Assembly: GCA_903845155.1 (NCBI GenBank)
Contig: CAIMWN010000018.1
Location: 5,594 to 69,593 of the forward strand
Length of the DNA: 64,000 bases
Direction of reading: 5' to 3'
DNA from: Oligoflexia bacterium
GTDB lineage: Bacteria > Bdellovibrionota > UBA1018 > CAIMNF01
Positions within the stretch are counted from its first letter, which is position 1. The number at the start of each line of letters is the position of its first letter. The position numbers and the translations under genes are program-made. The notes under the pieces were generated by a model. That model saw only the letters and a program-made list of their open reading frames with translations, was not told where the DNA came from and did no database searches. Shown piece after piece: positions 42,189-53,104 of the stretch.

Positions 42189-43157
42189 TTATTTTTTGTA
42201 AAATGCGATGGTCTGATTCAAGTCGTGTTCAAGCTCTTCAAATTTGAGTTCCTGAACTTGTGCTTGAGTTCCCTTGCAGTTGATTCGAATTTGGTGAGGA
42301 CTGTAGCTCCAGTTTGCGAAAACCAAGTCAGTCGATTTTGTCTCTGGATGGGCAGAGAATCCTAAAAACGTATATTTTGCTCCTTTTTCGTACTTGCCAC
42401 TGATAGAATCTGACTCTTGAGCAACGAGCATGCATTTCTTTCCCTCGAAAAGATGCGCGCCGGCGGGTTCGCGATAAACATTCAAATTAGCGCCGATATG
42501 AAGTTGGATGCCGTATTGGCCGGGTAGTCCTGATCCAAATAAACCGTTCAGAAAGGTACCACTCAATGCTTTTACGCTGTGGCTGGTGATGCTCTGTTGA
42601 GCATCGGATGACACTATGTTTTTAGGTAAATAGGAATGAACTTCAAAAACCCCTGATACTTGATCTTCAAAATCTTCAACGGTCCATTGTTGAAGATCGC
42701 TATGACTGCAGGATACTGAAATCTTACAGATGCTCGCGCCCTTACTTTTAAACTCTGCACTCATGACTCCGTTTTGTGAAGCAAATGCGTTGAGTACATA
42801 TTGAGATTCTGCGGGGATGGTCTCCTTTGCGCCGCTCATAAAAACACTATCATAAGCACTTACCGAATGGGGCGTGCACGATTTAGTAACCGTTCTGACG
42901 ACGCAGGAATTACCAATTTGTGCCGAACCAAATGAATCTAAGTTCACTTCTTTTTTGAACACTAAAGAGGGGAGAACTGTTGTTTGGTGATCACTGCTCG
43001 TGCTGCGATTAAGTTTTTGTAGTGAATTCATTTGAAATGAGTGTAGCAATTCAATGATATTGAATTGAGCGGGGGCTTTTGGTGATGCTAAGGCACTATT
43101 GCCGATCAGTGCTGAAACAACGATTAAGATTAAAGAAGTTTGCTGTACCATACTCAT
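42189..43157 (-). CDS. Secreted hypothetical protein (322 aa)
   Basis: Signal peptide MSMVQQTSLILIVVSALIGNSALA. No known domain. Confidence 0.5.
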   Translation of the reverse strand: MSMVQQTSLILIVVSALIGNSALASPKAPAQFNIIELLHSFQMNSLQKLNRSTSSDHQTTVLPSLVFKKEVNLDSFGSAQIGNSCVVRTVTKSCTPHSVSAYDSVFMSGAKETIPAESQYVLNAFASQNGVMSAEFKSKGASICKISVSCSHSDLQQWTVEDFEDQVSGVFEVHSYLPKNIVSSDAQQSITSHSVKALSGTFLNGLFGSGLPGQYGIQLHIGANLNVYREPAGAHLFEGKKCMLVAQESDSISGKYEKGAKYTFLGFSAHPETKSTDLVFANWSYSPHQIRINCKGTQAQVQELKFEELEHDLNQTIAFYKK

Positions 43158-43415
43158 GATAAAGCACGGAGCGTGCCACTGAAACCCACGTAAAGCAGTT
43201 CTGATGTGCCATAGGAAAAACCCGTGTCGAGACCCAGATCTATTGTCAAAAGTTTAGTCAAGGGTGTCTAAAATTTGTTCAATTATTGGGATTAAGTTGG
43301 GAACAGGTTGGGTTTTGCTAACAACTCGCTAATAAAGCGTCAGCTCTTTGTTGTTTTTTTACGAATTATGCAGATTTGCATGCAAAAGAAGTGCCGACTG
43401 CGCTAAAATGAATTC

Positions 43416-44897
43416 ATGGGCATACAACTAAAACAGAGTCTAAAACTTGGGCAAAATCTAGTGATGACGCCCCAATTGCAACAAGCGATTAAGCTATTGC
43501 AGTTGAATCATATGGAACTCGCAGAACTCATCACACAAGAGTTGACTGAAAATCCGGTGCTGGAAGAAATCAACGAAGCTGAAGGAGACGCGCCTCCCAC
43601 TGCAGAAGATAATTTTGATCCTGAGGTTCAGCAGCAGACGGATGAGACTGCACAACTTGCACCTCAAGTAGAAGATGATAAGTCGCTCACGAATAAAGAT
43701 GATGTAAATTGGGACGCATACTTAGAAGATTTTAATGATAGTTCGGGCACTGCTCCATCAATGAAGGAGAATTCTGAAGACTCTCCGACCTATGAAAACC
43801 TTCTCACTAAGACGACTTCACTGGAAGAGCATTTAAATTGGCAGCTTTCAATGTTGAACCTGATTGAAAGTGAAGAGAAGCTCGCCCAACTCATCATTGC
43901 GAACCTGAATGATGATGGATACTTGGAAACCGAACTTGCAAAGCTTGCAACTGAAGCAGGAATGGAACTTGAGGATGCCGAAGAAATCCTAAAAATGATC
44001 CACAATTTTGATCCAGTTGGAATTGCGGCACGGAGTCTTCAGGAGTGTTTGCTCCTTCAGGCGAAATTCCTTACACCTCGCCAGCCCTTGGTTGAGAAAA
44101 TTATTGCAGAGCACATGGTGGACCTTGAAAAGCACAATTTGCCAGCCATTGCCAAAGCGCTATCTGTGCCAATTGAAAAAGTAGTAGAAGCGCAAAAAAT
44201 TGTTCATGAATTTGAACCAAAACCCGGCAGTATTTTTACTGAATCAGATACCCAGTATATTATGCCCGATATCTATATTCAAAAAGTAGGAGCCAATTAC
44301 GTCATCAATATGAATGACGAAGGTATTCCTCGCCTTCGGGTTTCAAATTATTATAAAAGCATTGTTCAGAAAGAAGCGGCCACAGCTGGCGGCGGCACGA
44401 AGGCCAAAGAATATGTGCAAGACAAACTCAGGTCAGCGCTTTGGTTAATTCGCTCTATTCAAAACAGACAAAAAACCATCTATAAAGTGACCGAAGCGAT
44501 TTTAGCTCGTCAGCGCGATTTCTTTGAAAAGGGCGCACATTTTCTAAAGCCAATGGTCTTGAAAGATATCGCAGCTGATGTAGGCATGCACGAATCTACC
44601 ATCTCGCGTGTGACCACGAACAAGTACATGCACACGCCGGTTGGAACATTTGAGTTAAAGTATTTTTTCAATTCCAGCATTTCTGCTTCAGATGGTGGAG
44701 ATGCATTGGCGAGCAGTGCAGTGAAAGAAAAGATAAAGCAACTGATTGGTCGTGAAGATCCCAAAAAACCTCTCTCCGATCAACAAATTGTGGAGATGCT
44801 CGGCAAAGAAAATGTGGAAATCGCACGTAGAACAGTAGCGAAGTACCGCGAGATGCTGAATATTCTTCCCTCTTCAAAACGCAAACGGTCCTTCTAA
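43416..44897 (+). CDS. rpoN: RNA polymerase sigma-54 factor
   Basis: N-terminal Gln-rich region I (LKQSLKLGQNLVMTPQLQQAIKLLQL). Acidic region II. C-terminal RpoN box ARRTVAKYRE. Confidence 0.95.
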   Translation: MGIQLKQSLKLGQNLVMTPQLQQAIKLLQLNHMELAELITQELTENPVLEEINEAEGDAPPTAEDNFDPEVQQQTDETAQLAPQVEDDKSLTNKDDVNWDAYLEDFNDSSGTAPSMKENSEDSPTYENLLTKTTSLEEHLNWQLSMLNLIESEEKLAQLIIANLNDDGYLETELAKLATEAGMELEDAEEILKMIHNFDPVGIAARSLQECLLLQAKFLTPRQPLVEKIIAEHMVDLEKHNLPAIAKALSVPIEKVVEAQKIVHEFEPKPGSIFTESDTQYIMPDIYIQKVGANYVINMNDEGIPRLRVSNYYKSIVQKEAATAGGGTKAKEYVQDKLRSALWLIRSIQNRQKTIYKVTEAILARQRDFFEKGAHFLKPMVLKDIAADVGMHESTISRVTTNKYMHTPVGTFELKYFFNSSISASDGGDALASSAVKEKIKQLIGREDPKKPLSDQQIVEMLGKENVEIARRTVAKYREMLNILPSSKRKRSF

Positions 44898-44966
44898 ACG
44901 TTCTTAAATATTGATGTTACAACAAGAAAATTAAAAACAATATTGGATGAGCAATGAACGCAAGTC

Positions 44967-45986
44967 TCAACACTCATTAGTCGGAGACCATTGAATGAGC
45001 ACTTTCCCTGTGGCTTTCCGTGACTCTAAAAAAGAGTGAGCCTTTGCGATTTCATCTGCTTTAAAAATCTGGCTGATGTGAGGGATGAGTTTTTGTTCTT
45101 CTACTGAATTCCATTTGGCTTGGATGCCTTTTACATATTCTACGTCTTCAAGAAGGCGGAGAACGTTGAGTGCGTAGACACCTTTGTTTTGGTTAAACAT
45201 GGACACCAGTGAAAAGCGGGGCATGGTGATTCCTAATTTAATCAGGGCGATCAGATCTCGTTTGCCATCTTTGATCGCGGACGACATTCCAAACGCAACG
45301 ACTCGCCCGGTGTGTTTCAGTTGCTGGTAGTGTTCGCGAACACTTTTTCCACCTTGAGAATTCAAAATCAGATCAAAGCGCGGCAAGTTCTGATTGGTTT
45401 GATATTCAGCGTGGGTCATGGGTGTTGCACCATAGCTTTTAATAAAATCCAACTTACTTGGGCTACTGGTCAATCCAATGGTTTCGGCTTTGAGATGCCT
45501 TAATATTTGAAGAGCAATCGTGCCGACACCACCGCTCGCGGCGTCGACTAATACCAAGTCACCTGCGCGCGCTCTACCCATGTCAATAATGGCAGCGTAT
45601 GCAGTCGCCCAATTTACAGGCATGGCTGCTGCTTCCGTTAAGCTTAAGTGAGCGGGCTTTTTAAAGACCAAGTCCTCAGGGGTGGTGACTACTGAAGAGT
45701 ATCCACCAAACAAGGTGCCTGCGGCCACTTCGTCACCTTCACGTATGCGACGAACATTTTTCCCCACTGCTTTCACGATGCCGGAGACTTCATAGCCTGG
45801 TACATAGGGCCTTTTGGGCGCGTCCGGGTAAAGTCCAAGCCTCATCACAATGTCGGCGAAATTAACTCCCGAATAATGAACGTCGATACAAACGTCGTGA
45901 TCTCCCAATGATAGAGGACGATCTTTTTCTTCCTCAACGCTTAATGCGTCTGGTCCGCCATTTTTTCTAAGCCAAATTTTTTTCAT
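44967..45986 (-). CDS. Zinc-independent MDR-family NAD(P)H:quinone oxidoreductase
   Basis: GroES-like N-domain plus Rossmann DAASGGVGTIALQIL. Medium-chain dehydrogenase/reductase fold. Confidence 0.85.
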   Translation of the reverse strand: MKKIWLRKNGGPDALSVEEEKDRPLSLGDHDVCIDVHYSGVNFADIVMRLGLYPDAPKRPYVPGYEVSGIVKAVGKNVRRIREGDEVAAGTLFGGYSSVVTTPEDLVFKKPAHLSLTEAAAMPVNWATAYAAIIDMGRARAGDLVLVDAASGGVGTIALQILRHLKAETIGLTSSPSKLDFIKSYGATPMTHAEYQTNQNLPRFDLILNSQGGKSVREHYQQLKHTGRVVAFGMSSAIKDGKRDLIALIKLGITMPRFSLVSMFNQNKGVYALNVLRLLEDVEYVKGIQAKWNSVEEQKLIPHISQIFKADEIAKAHSFLESRKATGKVLIQWSPTNEC

Positions 45987-45989
45987 ACT

Positions 45990-46742
45990 TTAAAGTTTAA
46001 AATTTTCGCCCAAGTATTTTTCGCGAGCTTGAGGGGAGTTTGCAATTTGTTCAGGTGTGCCTTGCTCAAAAATCACTCCTTCGCTGAGAAGGCATGCATG
46101 GTCGCAAATGTTAAGGGTCTCGCGCACGTTGTGATCGGTAATGAGCACTCCGATATTTCGTTCCTTGAGATGCAGAATCATTTTTTGAATATCAGCGACT
46201 GCAAGGGGGTCGACGCCCGCAAAGGGCTCATCGAGCAGAATAAAAGCGGGGTTCAGTGCGAGGGCTCGCGCCACCTCCACGCGTCTGCGCTCACCTCCAG
46301 ATAAGGTGTATGCTTCTTGTTTGGAAACTTGATTGAGCGAGAACTCATCCAGAAGTTCTTGCAAGCGATGTTTGCGATCAGAATGAGTAAGATTCATGGA
46401 TTCAAGGGTGGCCATGATGTTGTCTTCGACTGTTAATTTTCTAAATACCGATGGTTCTTGAGGGAGGTAGGCAATTCCTTGTCTTGCGCGCTCATGCATA
46501 GGCAAGCGAGATATATCGTCGTTGCCCAAGAACACATGACCTTCATCTGGAAGGGTTAAGCCCGTAATCATGTAGAAGGTGGTTGTTTTACCCGCACCAT
46601 TTAGCCCAAGTAAACCTACCACTTGCCCCGATTGAACTTCGAGGCTTACGCCCTTTACTACCGGTCTTTTTTGATAAGTTTTGATGAGATTGACTGCACG
46701 CAGTTTTTTAGGAGCTGTCTTTTCGTTATTTGTGGGTTGCAT
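45990..46742 (-). CDS. lptB: LPS export ABC transporter ATP-binding protein
   Basis: Walker A GLNGAGKTTT, signature LSGGERRRVEVARAL, Walker B ILLDEP. The LptB-typical start L.A.NL.K.Y.KR.VV favours Met at 46742 over 46760. Confidence 0.9.
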   Translation of the reverse strand: MQPTNNEKTAPKKLRAVNLIKTYQKRPVVKGVSLEVQSGQVVGLLGLNGAGKTTTFYMITGLTLPDEGHVFLGNDDISRLPMHERARQGIAYLPQEPSVFRKLTVEDNIMATLESMNLTHSDRKHRLQELLDEFSLNQVSKQEAYTLSGGERRRVEVARALALNPAFILLDEPFAGVDPLAVADIQKMILHLKERNIGVLITDHNVRETLNICDHACLLSEGVIFEQGTPEQIANSPQAREKYLGENFKL

Positions 46743-47781
46743 TGCTCTGTTTGACCTCAATCATGTCAGTTTTTCGGTTATAAACAATCACTTCACCCGT
46801 GATCGTATCACCATCCTGATAGACCTGCGGGAAATCCTCCAAGTAAATGACATTTTTTCCTTCTTGATAGGTCGCCCTGCCTGAAGTGCCTGTAGAAATA
46901 TGCTCTGGGTCTTGGGTGTCCTTAAAGTAAACGTCTTTATTGGCAAAAATTCGCTGAAGTTGTTTCTCGTCTCCAAGCTCAATGACTAGGTTTCTGGCTT
47001 TGAGATAGAGATCGGGCTGCTTCACTTCTGCGAATTGTTTCTCGAGAGGCTGGTGGTCATTCATTTCAAAAAAAGCGCGGTTGTTCAGCTGATTATAAAT
47101 TGCGCGATCCGAGTAAACGATTGTTCTTTCGTCATTATAGATATTAAAAATGACATTGCTTAAGAGTTTTAATTCTTTTTGATTAGTGTCGAGATAGGAA
47201 AAGCCCTTTGCGGTAAACTCTACGCGGCTATCGGGGTTATTTTTTTCGCCACGAACCGGTTCCGTCAGTGGAATGGTGATGTTGAGAATGGGTTGAGTCA
47301 CGGCCCTTAAATATTCAGAATAGGTAATGGTGCCATTGGTGAAGAAAACCCGCACGTCGCCAAAAAATTCGATGATATTTTGGTTAATATAAACGAGACC
47401 CTCTTTTGAGTGAATTTGGGTGCCATCCTGAAGCTCAAGAATGAGATCCCTGGCGTGCAGAAGGTTTGCTACTTGGTAAACATTGGCTTTCCTTGCGGTG
47501 AGCTTCCACTGGCTTTGCGCACCGATACTGTTGTAAAAAACGAGGTCGCGAAGGGAGTAGGAGGGCGCAACGGTGTTGGGTACGGGTTTCGCAATGGTGG
47601 TGGATTCGTTTTGCAGAAAATTGAGAAGGTCTTTAGGGTTTACGACTCGGACGCCGTTGAAGTCTTCCTCGAGGTTAGATGGGGATAGGAGTAAGAAATG
47701 GGCAACGAAGAAAAGGAAGAGACCAAGGATGAGAAGGGACTGTAACTGCGAATTTTTGAACCCAAGTAAGCGTGTAGCCAC
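46726..47781 (-). CDS. LptC/LptA-like (OstA-type beta-jellyroll) protein with N-terminal membrane anchor
   Basis: Immediately upstream of lptB. N-terminal TM helix, beta-rich body, C-terminal GDTITGEVIVYNRKTDMIEV resembling the LptA/LptC terminal strands. 351 aa may be an LptC-LptA fusion. GTG start abuts the palindromic ctccttaaggag. Confidence 0.45.
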   Translation of the reverse strand: MATRLLGFKNSQLQSLLILGLFLFFVAHFLLLSPSNLEEDFNGVRVVNPKDLLNFLQNESTTIAKPVPNTVAPSYSLRDLVFYNSIGAQSQWKLTARKANVYQVANLLHARDLILELQDGTQIHSKEGLVYINQNIIEFFGDVRVFFTNGTITYSEYLRAVTQPILNITIPLTEPVRGEKNNPDSRVEFTAKGFSYLDTNQKELKLLSNVIFNIYNDERTIVYSDRAIYNQLNNRAFFEMNDHQPLEKQFAEVKQPDLYLKARNLVIELGDEKQLQRIFANKDVYFKDTQDPEHISTGTSGRATYQEGKNVIYLEDFPQVYQDGDTITGEVIVYNRKTDMIEVKQSNATHK

Positions 47782-47958
47782 TCCTTAAGGAGACCATGAA
47801 ATCCTTTCGAACTCCTAGCGGTTTTTTCGAGTTGTATTTGCTTCTTTTCAATCGGACGTGTATCCATGGAGGATCTATATTTAACCTCAGGGGAAGGGGA
47901 TGGGGTAGCGAATTTGCTGCGGCGCAGCTTCAATCCCCCGATGACCAAGGAGTCTGCC

Positions 47959-48414
47959 ATGCCCACTATTAAAGAGATCAATCAAGAAACAATGAAAACG
48001 GCCATGAAGGGCGGGAATAAGGAACTGGTTCAGTACACTCGTAATCTTCATGCGGCGATTCGCAAAAAAGAAATCGACGATCGTAAAGACTTAGATGACA
48101 CCGAGATCACGAAAATCATTTCATCAATGCTGAAGCAACGTGAAGAATCGATAACTCAGTTTAAACTGGGCGGTCGCGAAGACCTCGTGGGCCAAGAAGA
48201 AGCGGAAGCAAAATATTTGAGACAGTTTATGCCAGCGCAAATGTCTGAAGTAGAGTTGAAAGCGCTCGTTACTGCAACCATTGCAGAAGTTCAAGCCAAA
48301 GATGCTAAAGACTTGGGAAAAGTAATGAAGGTCCTTCAGCCTAAGGTTGCCGGTCGTGCGGATGGAAAAATCGTAACTCAAATCGTAAAAGAGTTGTTGG
48401 GCGCTACGGCTTAG
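47959..48414 (+). CDS. GatB/YqeY-domain protein
   Basis: Collinear with YqeY (MPTIKEINQETMKTAMKGG...GREDLV..E.AE...L..F.P...SE.EL...V...IAEV..KD...GKVM..L.PK..GRADG). SD aaggag 6 nt before ATG 47959; the ORF-track start at 47866 adds 31 non-conserved residues. Confidence 0.8.
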   Translation: MPTIKEINQETMKTAMKGGNKELVQYTRNLHAAIRKKEIDDRKDLDDTEITKIISSMLKQREESITQFKLGGREDLVGQEEAEAKYLRQFMPAQMSEVELKALVTATIAEVQAKDAKDLGKVMKVLQPKVAGRADGKIVTQIVKELLGATA

Positions 48415-48438
48415 CTTGTTCGGGTAGTATAAGGAAGC

Positions 48439-50385
48439 ATGCAAAAAAAGGGTCGATTTACCGCAGAATGGATACAGAAACTCAAACAAGGGATTTCTTT
48501 AATCGATGTTGCATCTGAAAACATTGAACTCAGAAAAACGGGCGCGAGGTATATGGGCCGGTGTCCTTTTCATGGTGATCGGTCTCCTTCGTTTTCAGTA
48601 AACAAAGATTTCTTTTATTGCTTTGGCTGCAAAGAGACCGGCGATGTCATTAAGTTCGTGATGCAACTACACGGCCTCAGTTTTGAAGAGGCCTGTGAAG
48701 ATCTTGCTGAAAAAGCGAAGATACCGATCCCTGAGTCTGCCTATTCTCTTTCGAGCGCAGAGGAGCAAGCGCTTTATCAAAAACGGATCCGTGTGCAAAA
48801 GGGTGCACGCCTGAATCATTTTGCATCCCTCCAGTTTTTCCATCAAAATTTAGTTCAAGGCGCTGGCAGCCCCTTGTTTCAAGAAGCCCGTGATTACCTT
48901 AAAAAACGCGGTATTTCGGATAAAATCATTCAGAACTTTCAGGTAGGAGTGGTGGGGTCTCAAGCGGACGGACTCGTTCAGTATTTAACGAAGGCAAAAG
49001 CACCGCTGGAGTTAGCGCGTGAGTATGGCCTCATTCGTCCTTCTCAGAAGCAAGCGGGTGATTACGACTTTTTCCGCGAGCGTGTCATTTTTCCTCTGAT
49101 TGATGTTCGCGGACGGGTCTGCGGTTTTGGTGGCCGAATTCTTCCGTCTTGTAATAATAGGCCTGATCAAAAGTTACCGAAGTATTTGAATAGTTCGGAG
49201 AGCGAACTTTTTCATAAATCAAATTTTCTATACGGACTCTTTCAGGCGAAACGGTCCATTCGCGAAGAAGAAGTGGTGATCGTGGTAGAAGGGTATTTTG
49301 ACGTGATTTCGCTTCACCAAGCGGGCATTGAAAATGTAGTAGCGACCTGCGGAACTTCACTTACGGAAGAACACCTAAAAATTCTAACCCGTTTGGCGAA
49401 GAAAATTATTGTCTTTTTCGACCATGACCAGGCCGGAATTAATGCCACAGTGAAAGCGATGGAGCTTGGTTTAAAGAATGGCCTGATGCTTTATGGGATT
49501 CCTTTTGAAAGCACACTCGACCCAGATGAGTTTTTGCTCCTTAGCCCTGCGGAGAATTTAATAAAGTTAAAGGCGTGGATCAATGAGCCGTTTCCGCTCC
49601 TGGATCACCTCGTTGAACAGGAGTTGAAGGCCAGTGAGGCAGACGTAGAAAAGCGTTCCACCACTGTAAAGCAAATCACGGAATGGTTACAGCATTACAC
49701 TGACCCAGTGGGACGGGCCCTTCGGGTGGATCAATTGATTCAAAAGTGGAGAATCCCACCATCGGCGCTGGGGGCACTCGCCACTTCGTTGAGACCCGCC
49801 CAACCCCAAGGTCGACCCGGATTGCCTCAGGGGAATCCTTCTATGCCGCGAACTTCAGTAACACCGCAGCAAGGACTGCGGCGTAAACCAATTGGGGCCC
49901 ACGATCGAAACTTGCTCCACTTTCTGGCCAAATTTAACGATTTTGGTTCACTTTTCGTAGAAGCGCGTAAACAGTTGCCTGAAAAAGATACACTATCCGT
50001 CATGTTTGATGACACCGAGGTGCAGGCTTGGGTGCAAAAAATGAGTGAAGACCCGAACGGTTTTACTTTGCTCAAGCTCGCTCCTGAAAACCTCGTAAAT
50101 GAAGCAATTTCCCAAGAGTTACGGTCGGTTATTATGGAAGGGTTGCTTCAGGAATCGGTCCCAGGGGAGGAAGAAAGTCTGAAAACTTTGCTGAAACGTG
50201 GCATCCACAAGTCGTGGGCACGATATTCGCAAAGACTAAAAGCACAGATGGCGATTGCAGATGCTAGCCAAGATATGGAAAAATTTAAGGAATTATCAGA
50301 ACAATTCCTTGACCTACAACGAAAACTAAAGGATTTTGAAGATTCATATGTCTCAGGAAAATCAAACGACCCAGCCCAAAATTAA
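48439..50385 (+). CDS. dnaG: DNA primase
   Basis: CHC2 zinc finger [13 protein letters not shown]...CFGC. TOPRIM ([14 protein letters not shown]). SD aaggaag. Confidence 0.95.
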   Translation: MQKKGRFTAEWIQKLKQGISLIDVASENIELRKTGARYMGRCPFHGDRSPSFSVNKDFFYCFGCKETGDVIKFVMQLHGLSFEEACEDLAEKAKIPIPESAYSLSSAEEQALYQKRIRVQKGARLNHFASLQFFHQNLVQGAGSPLFQEARDYLKKRGISDKIIQNFQVGVVGSQADGLVQYLTKAKAPLELAREYGLIRPSQKQAGDYDFFRERVIFPLIDVRGRVCGFGGRILPSCNNRPDQKLPKYLNSSESELFHKSNFLYGLFQAKRSIREEEVVIVVEGYFDVISLHQAGIENVVATCGTSLTEEHLKILTRLAKKIIVFFDHDQAGINATVKAMELGLKNGLMLYGIPFESTLDPDEFLLLSPAENLIKLKAWINEPFPLLDHLVEQELKASEADVEKRSTTVKQITEWLQHYTDPVGRALRVDQLIQKWRIPPSALGALATSLRPAQPQGRPGLPQGNPSMPRTSVTPQQGLRRKPIGAHDRNLLHFLAKFNDFGSLFVEARKQLPEKDTLSVMFDDTEVQAWVQKMSEDPNGFTLLKLAPENLVNEAISQELRSVIMEGLLQESVPGEEESLKTLLKRGIHKSWARYSQRLKAQMAIADASQDMEKFKELSEQFLDLQRKLKDFEDSYVSGKSNDPAQN

Positions 50386-52192
50386 TCGTAATCATAAAGA
50401 CATCAAAAAACTTTTAGACTTAGGAGTTCAACGTGGATTTCTGTCCTTTGTTGAAGTGCACGAATTGTTGCCACCAGAAATGGTTTCTCCCGAAGAAATA
50501 GATGAAGTGATGGTCATGCTCGGTGAAAACGAAATCGAAGTCACCGATGGTCGTAAACGCTTTGAAGGTGAAGAGGGCGAAGAAGCGGAAGATTCTTTGC
50601 TTGAAGACTTTGCGGCAGGAGCCGCTCCGGCAGAGGAAGAGCTTCAGTCAGATGAATCGGGTGATCTCGTATCTACTGCTGAATACGCAAAGGGCACCGA
50701 CCCTGTAAAACTTTATTTGAAAAAAATGGGTTCAGTTTCCCTTCTGACTCGTGAAGGTGAAGTTGAAATTGCAAAACGGATTGAAGCAGGTGAATTAGAA
50801 ATTCTCCGCGCGCTCCTCGCTTCTCGTCTCGGTACAATGGCGATTGTGGAACTCGGTGAGCGGCTTGAAACTGCGAAGACTAAAGTTAAAGATGTCATTC
50901 GTGGTGTGGAAGACGAAGTCTCGCCTGAAGATGAAAAAGAATATCTCGATAAAGTAATTAAAGCCGTTTCTAAGGTGAAGTCACTTCTTGCGTTCCAGGA
51001 AAAAATGGATCCGAAGTTAGTGGGCCTAGAAGCGAAGAAAACTCCGATTAAAGAAAAAGAAGTGATTCGCGTTGAAATTAAAAAACGCGAGCGCCAAGTA
51101 GAGTCTGCCTTCCAAAACATCGCATTTAATCGCAAAACCATCAATGTTCTCTCAGCTCAAATTAAAGAGTATTGGACTCGCGGTAAAGAATTGATGGAAG
51201 AGCGCGGTCGTATTTACCAATACGTAGGCGTAAAAGATGGGGATGAGTTTGCCATGATTGCAGCCCTCGTTGCAGACAACGCAAAAGAGCCGACTAAAAT
51301 TTTAGAGATTTGTAAAAAATACGATCTTCCAGAAGCAAAGCTCATGCAGTTGATTGCGCAAGAAGATGAAGCGGTGAAGAAATTGCTCCGTCTTGAAAGT
51401 GAATCAGGCGTGACGGTTGATGAGCTGAAGCGAATCAATGAAAGTCTGATGATTGGTGAGCGCAGAGCCGATATTGCAAAAAGCGAACTCGTGGAAGCGA
51501 ATCTTCGTCTTGTGGTTTCAATTGCAAAAAAATATACCAACCGTGGTCTTCAATTCTTGGACTTAATTCAAGAAGGAAACATTGGCCTGATGAAAGCGGT
51601 CGATAAATTCGAGTATCGCCGTGGATATAAATTTTCAACTTATGCTACTTGGTGGATCAGACAAGCGATCACTCGTGCGATCGCCGATCAAGCGCGCACC
51701 ATTCGTATTCCAGTTCACATGATTGAGACTATTAATAAACTCGTGCGCACTTCTCGTATGCTCATGCAACAGTTAGGTCGTGAGCCACAGCCTGAAGAAA
51801 TTGCAGTGAAAATGGAAATGCCGGTCGATAAAGTACGTAAAGTACTGAAGATTGCCAAAGAGCCTATTTCTCTTGAGACTCCAATTGGTGAGGAAGAAGA
51901 TTCATCTTTAGGTGATTTTATCGAAGATAAAAATATCATCAATCCTTCTGAAGCGGTCATCAGCCTCAATTTGTCTGAACAAACTCGTAAAGTGCTTTCT
52001 ACCCTCACTCCACGTGAAGAAAAAGTACTTCGGATGCGTTTCGGAATCGGCGAAAAGTCCGACCATACCTTGGAAGAGGTGGGGCAGGATTTCTTCGTTA
52101 CCCGTGAGCGGATTCGTCAAATTGAAGCGAAGGCACTCCGTAAGTTGCGTCATCCTAGCCGCGCGAAGCTCCTCAAAGCGTTCACTGATTAG
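50348..52192 (+). CDS. rpoD: RNA polymerase sigma-70 factor
   Basis: Regions 1.1-4.2 ([19 protein letters not shown]; [18 protein letters not shown]; [28 protein letters not shown]). ATG 50348 lies 38 nt inside the dnaG 3' end. Confidence 0.95.
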   Translation: MSQENQTTQPKINRNHKDIKKLLDLGVQRGFLSFVEVHELLPPEMVSPEEIDEVMVMLGENEIEVTDGRKRFEGEEGEEAEDSLLEDFAAGAAPAEEELQSDESGDLVSTAEYAKGTDPVKLYLKKMGSVSLLTREGEVEIAKRIEAGELEILRALLASRLGTMAIVELGERLETAKTKVKDVIRGVEDEVSPEDEKEYLDKVIKAVSKVKSLLAFQEKMDPKLVGLEAKKTPIKEKEVIRVEIKKRERQVESAFQNIAFNRKTINVLSAQIKEYWTRGKELMEERGRIYQYVGVKDGDEFAMIAALVADNAKEPTKILEICKKYDLPEAKLMQLIAQEDEAVKKLLRLESESGVTVDELKRINESLMIGERRADIAKSELVEANLRLVVSIAKKYTNRGLQFLDLIQEGNIGLMKAVDKFEYRRGYKFSTYATWWIRQAITRAIADQARTIRIPVHMIETINKLVRTSRMLMQQLGREPQPEEIAVKMEMPVDKVRKVLKIAKEPISLETPIGEEEDSSLGDFIEDKNIINPSEAVISLNLSEQTRKVLSTLTPREEKVLRMRFGIGEKSDHTLEEVGQDFFVTRERIRQIEAKALRKLRHPSRAKLLKAFTD

Positions 52193-52195
52193 GAA

Positions 52196-52224
52196 TGCGC
52201 TGAAGCGCAGCGTTTCGCCTTTTT
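52196..52224 (+). terminator. Weak candidate intrinsic terminator after rpoD
   Basis: Short hairpin tgcgc-tgaa-gcgca (52196-52209) followed 10 nt later by a CTTTTT run (52219-52224). Confidence 0.25.
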
Positions 52225-52326
52225 GAGCGAGATACTGGCAGCAATATATCCATGACAAAATAAATCAAGTACTGAAACCTGAGTAATGCATTGCGTTGCG
52301 GCACTGCATTTGATAGGCAATTCTCG

Positions 52327-53016
52327 ATGTCTAAAGACCATAACAATCTTTATCTATACCTCATCTCACTCGTGTTGTTTGCTGGTTGCGGCTTCTATCA
52401 CTCTAAAATAGCTGAGCCAAGCCAAGCCGAGATCAAAGCGAGGTCAGCGTCCTACAGTAAAATTTGTGAATCCGTGATTTACCCCAATTGCGTGAGTTGC
52501 CATAATCAAGCCCAAGCGAGTGGTGGGGTAATCCTGGATACTTATGCCGCGGTGAAAGCCAATCTTGGTGAAGTTGAAAATGATGCACTCATTGAAAAAA
52601 CGATGCCCCCCAAAGGGCCTTTATCATCTGGGGATCAAAAAATTCTCAGAAGTTGGATCACGCGTGGGGCTCCCCAGTATGAGGTGTCTGCACCCGATCC
52701 TAATGCTCCTGTTCCCAGTCCCACTCCCGCGCTTCAGCTCAAAGCCACTTATGCAAGTATTCGAGAGTTAGTGCTGGTACCAAAATGCCTGAACTGTCAT
52801 GGGGTAGGAGGCAAGGCTTACGCAAAAGTTCCTTTCGAAAACTATGAGCAATTAATGAAGGGCAATACGATAAGAAAAGGCGACCCAGAAAACAGCACGT
52901 TTTACAGCCAAATGGAATTGGGTAAAATGCCGACCAAGAAATCAGGCTTGGCCAAGGTATCTCCAGCTGATTTACAAATCATCAGTCAGTGGATTTCAAT
53001 CGGAGCATCACCGTAG
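52327..53016 (+). CDS. Dihaem c-type cytochrome lipoprotein
   Basis: Two CxxCH motifs (CVSCH, CLNCH). Lipobox LFAGC after MSKDHNNLYLYLISLV. The start could be 52291. Confidence 0.75.
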   Translation: MSKDHNNLYLYLISLVLFAGCGFYHSKIAEPSQAEIKARSASYSKICESVIYPNCVSCHNQAQASGGVILDTYAAVKANLGEVENDALIEKTMPPKGPLSSGDQKILRSWITRGAPQYEVSAPDPNAPVPSPTPALQLKATYASIRELVLVPKCLNCHGVGGKAYAKVPFENYEQLMKGNTIRKGDPENSTFYSQMELGKMPTKKSGLAKVSPADLQIISQWISIGASP

Positions 53017-53104
53017 TTTTTGCTAAAGCATTTCTATAGCTTTTTATAGTCAAGAAGCGTATTTTTCCCTTACAAGCGCACAGATTAGCGTCGAAGGAGT
53101 TCTA

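Noticed and set aside
47573-47788. Very basic 71-aa ORF (KKWATKKRKRPRMRR) that might have been ribosomal protein S21 ahead of dnaG
   Set aside because: No similarity to RpsU and it lies entirely inside the LptC/A-like gene on the opposite strand. rpsU is simply absent from this locus.
47796-47972. 58-codon plus-strand ORF with SD aaggaga
   Set aside because: Overlaps the yqeY start region, has no conserved features and an SD spacing of only 3 nt. The SD is one half of the palindrome ctccttaaggag.
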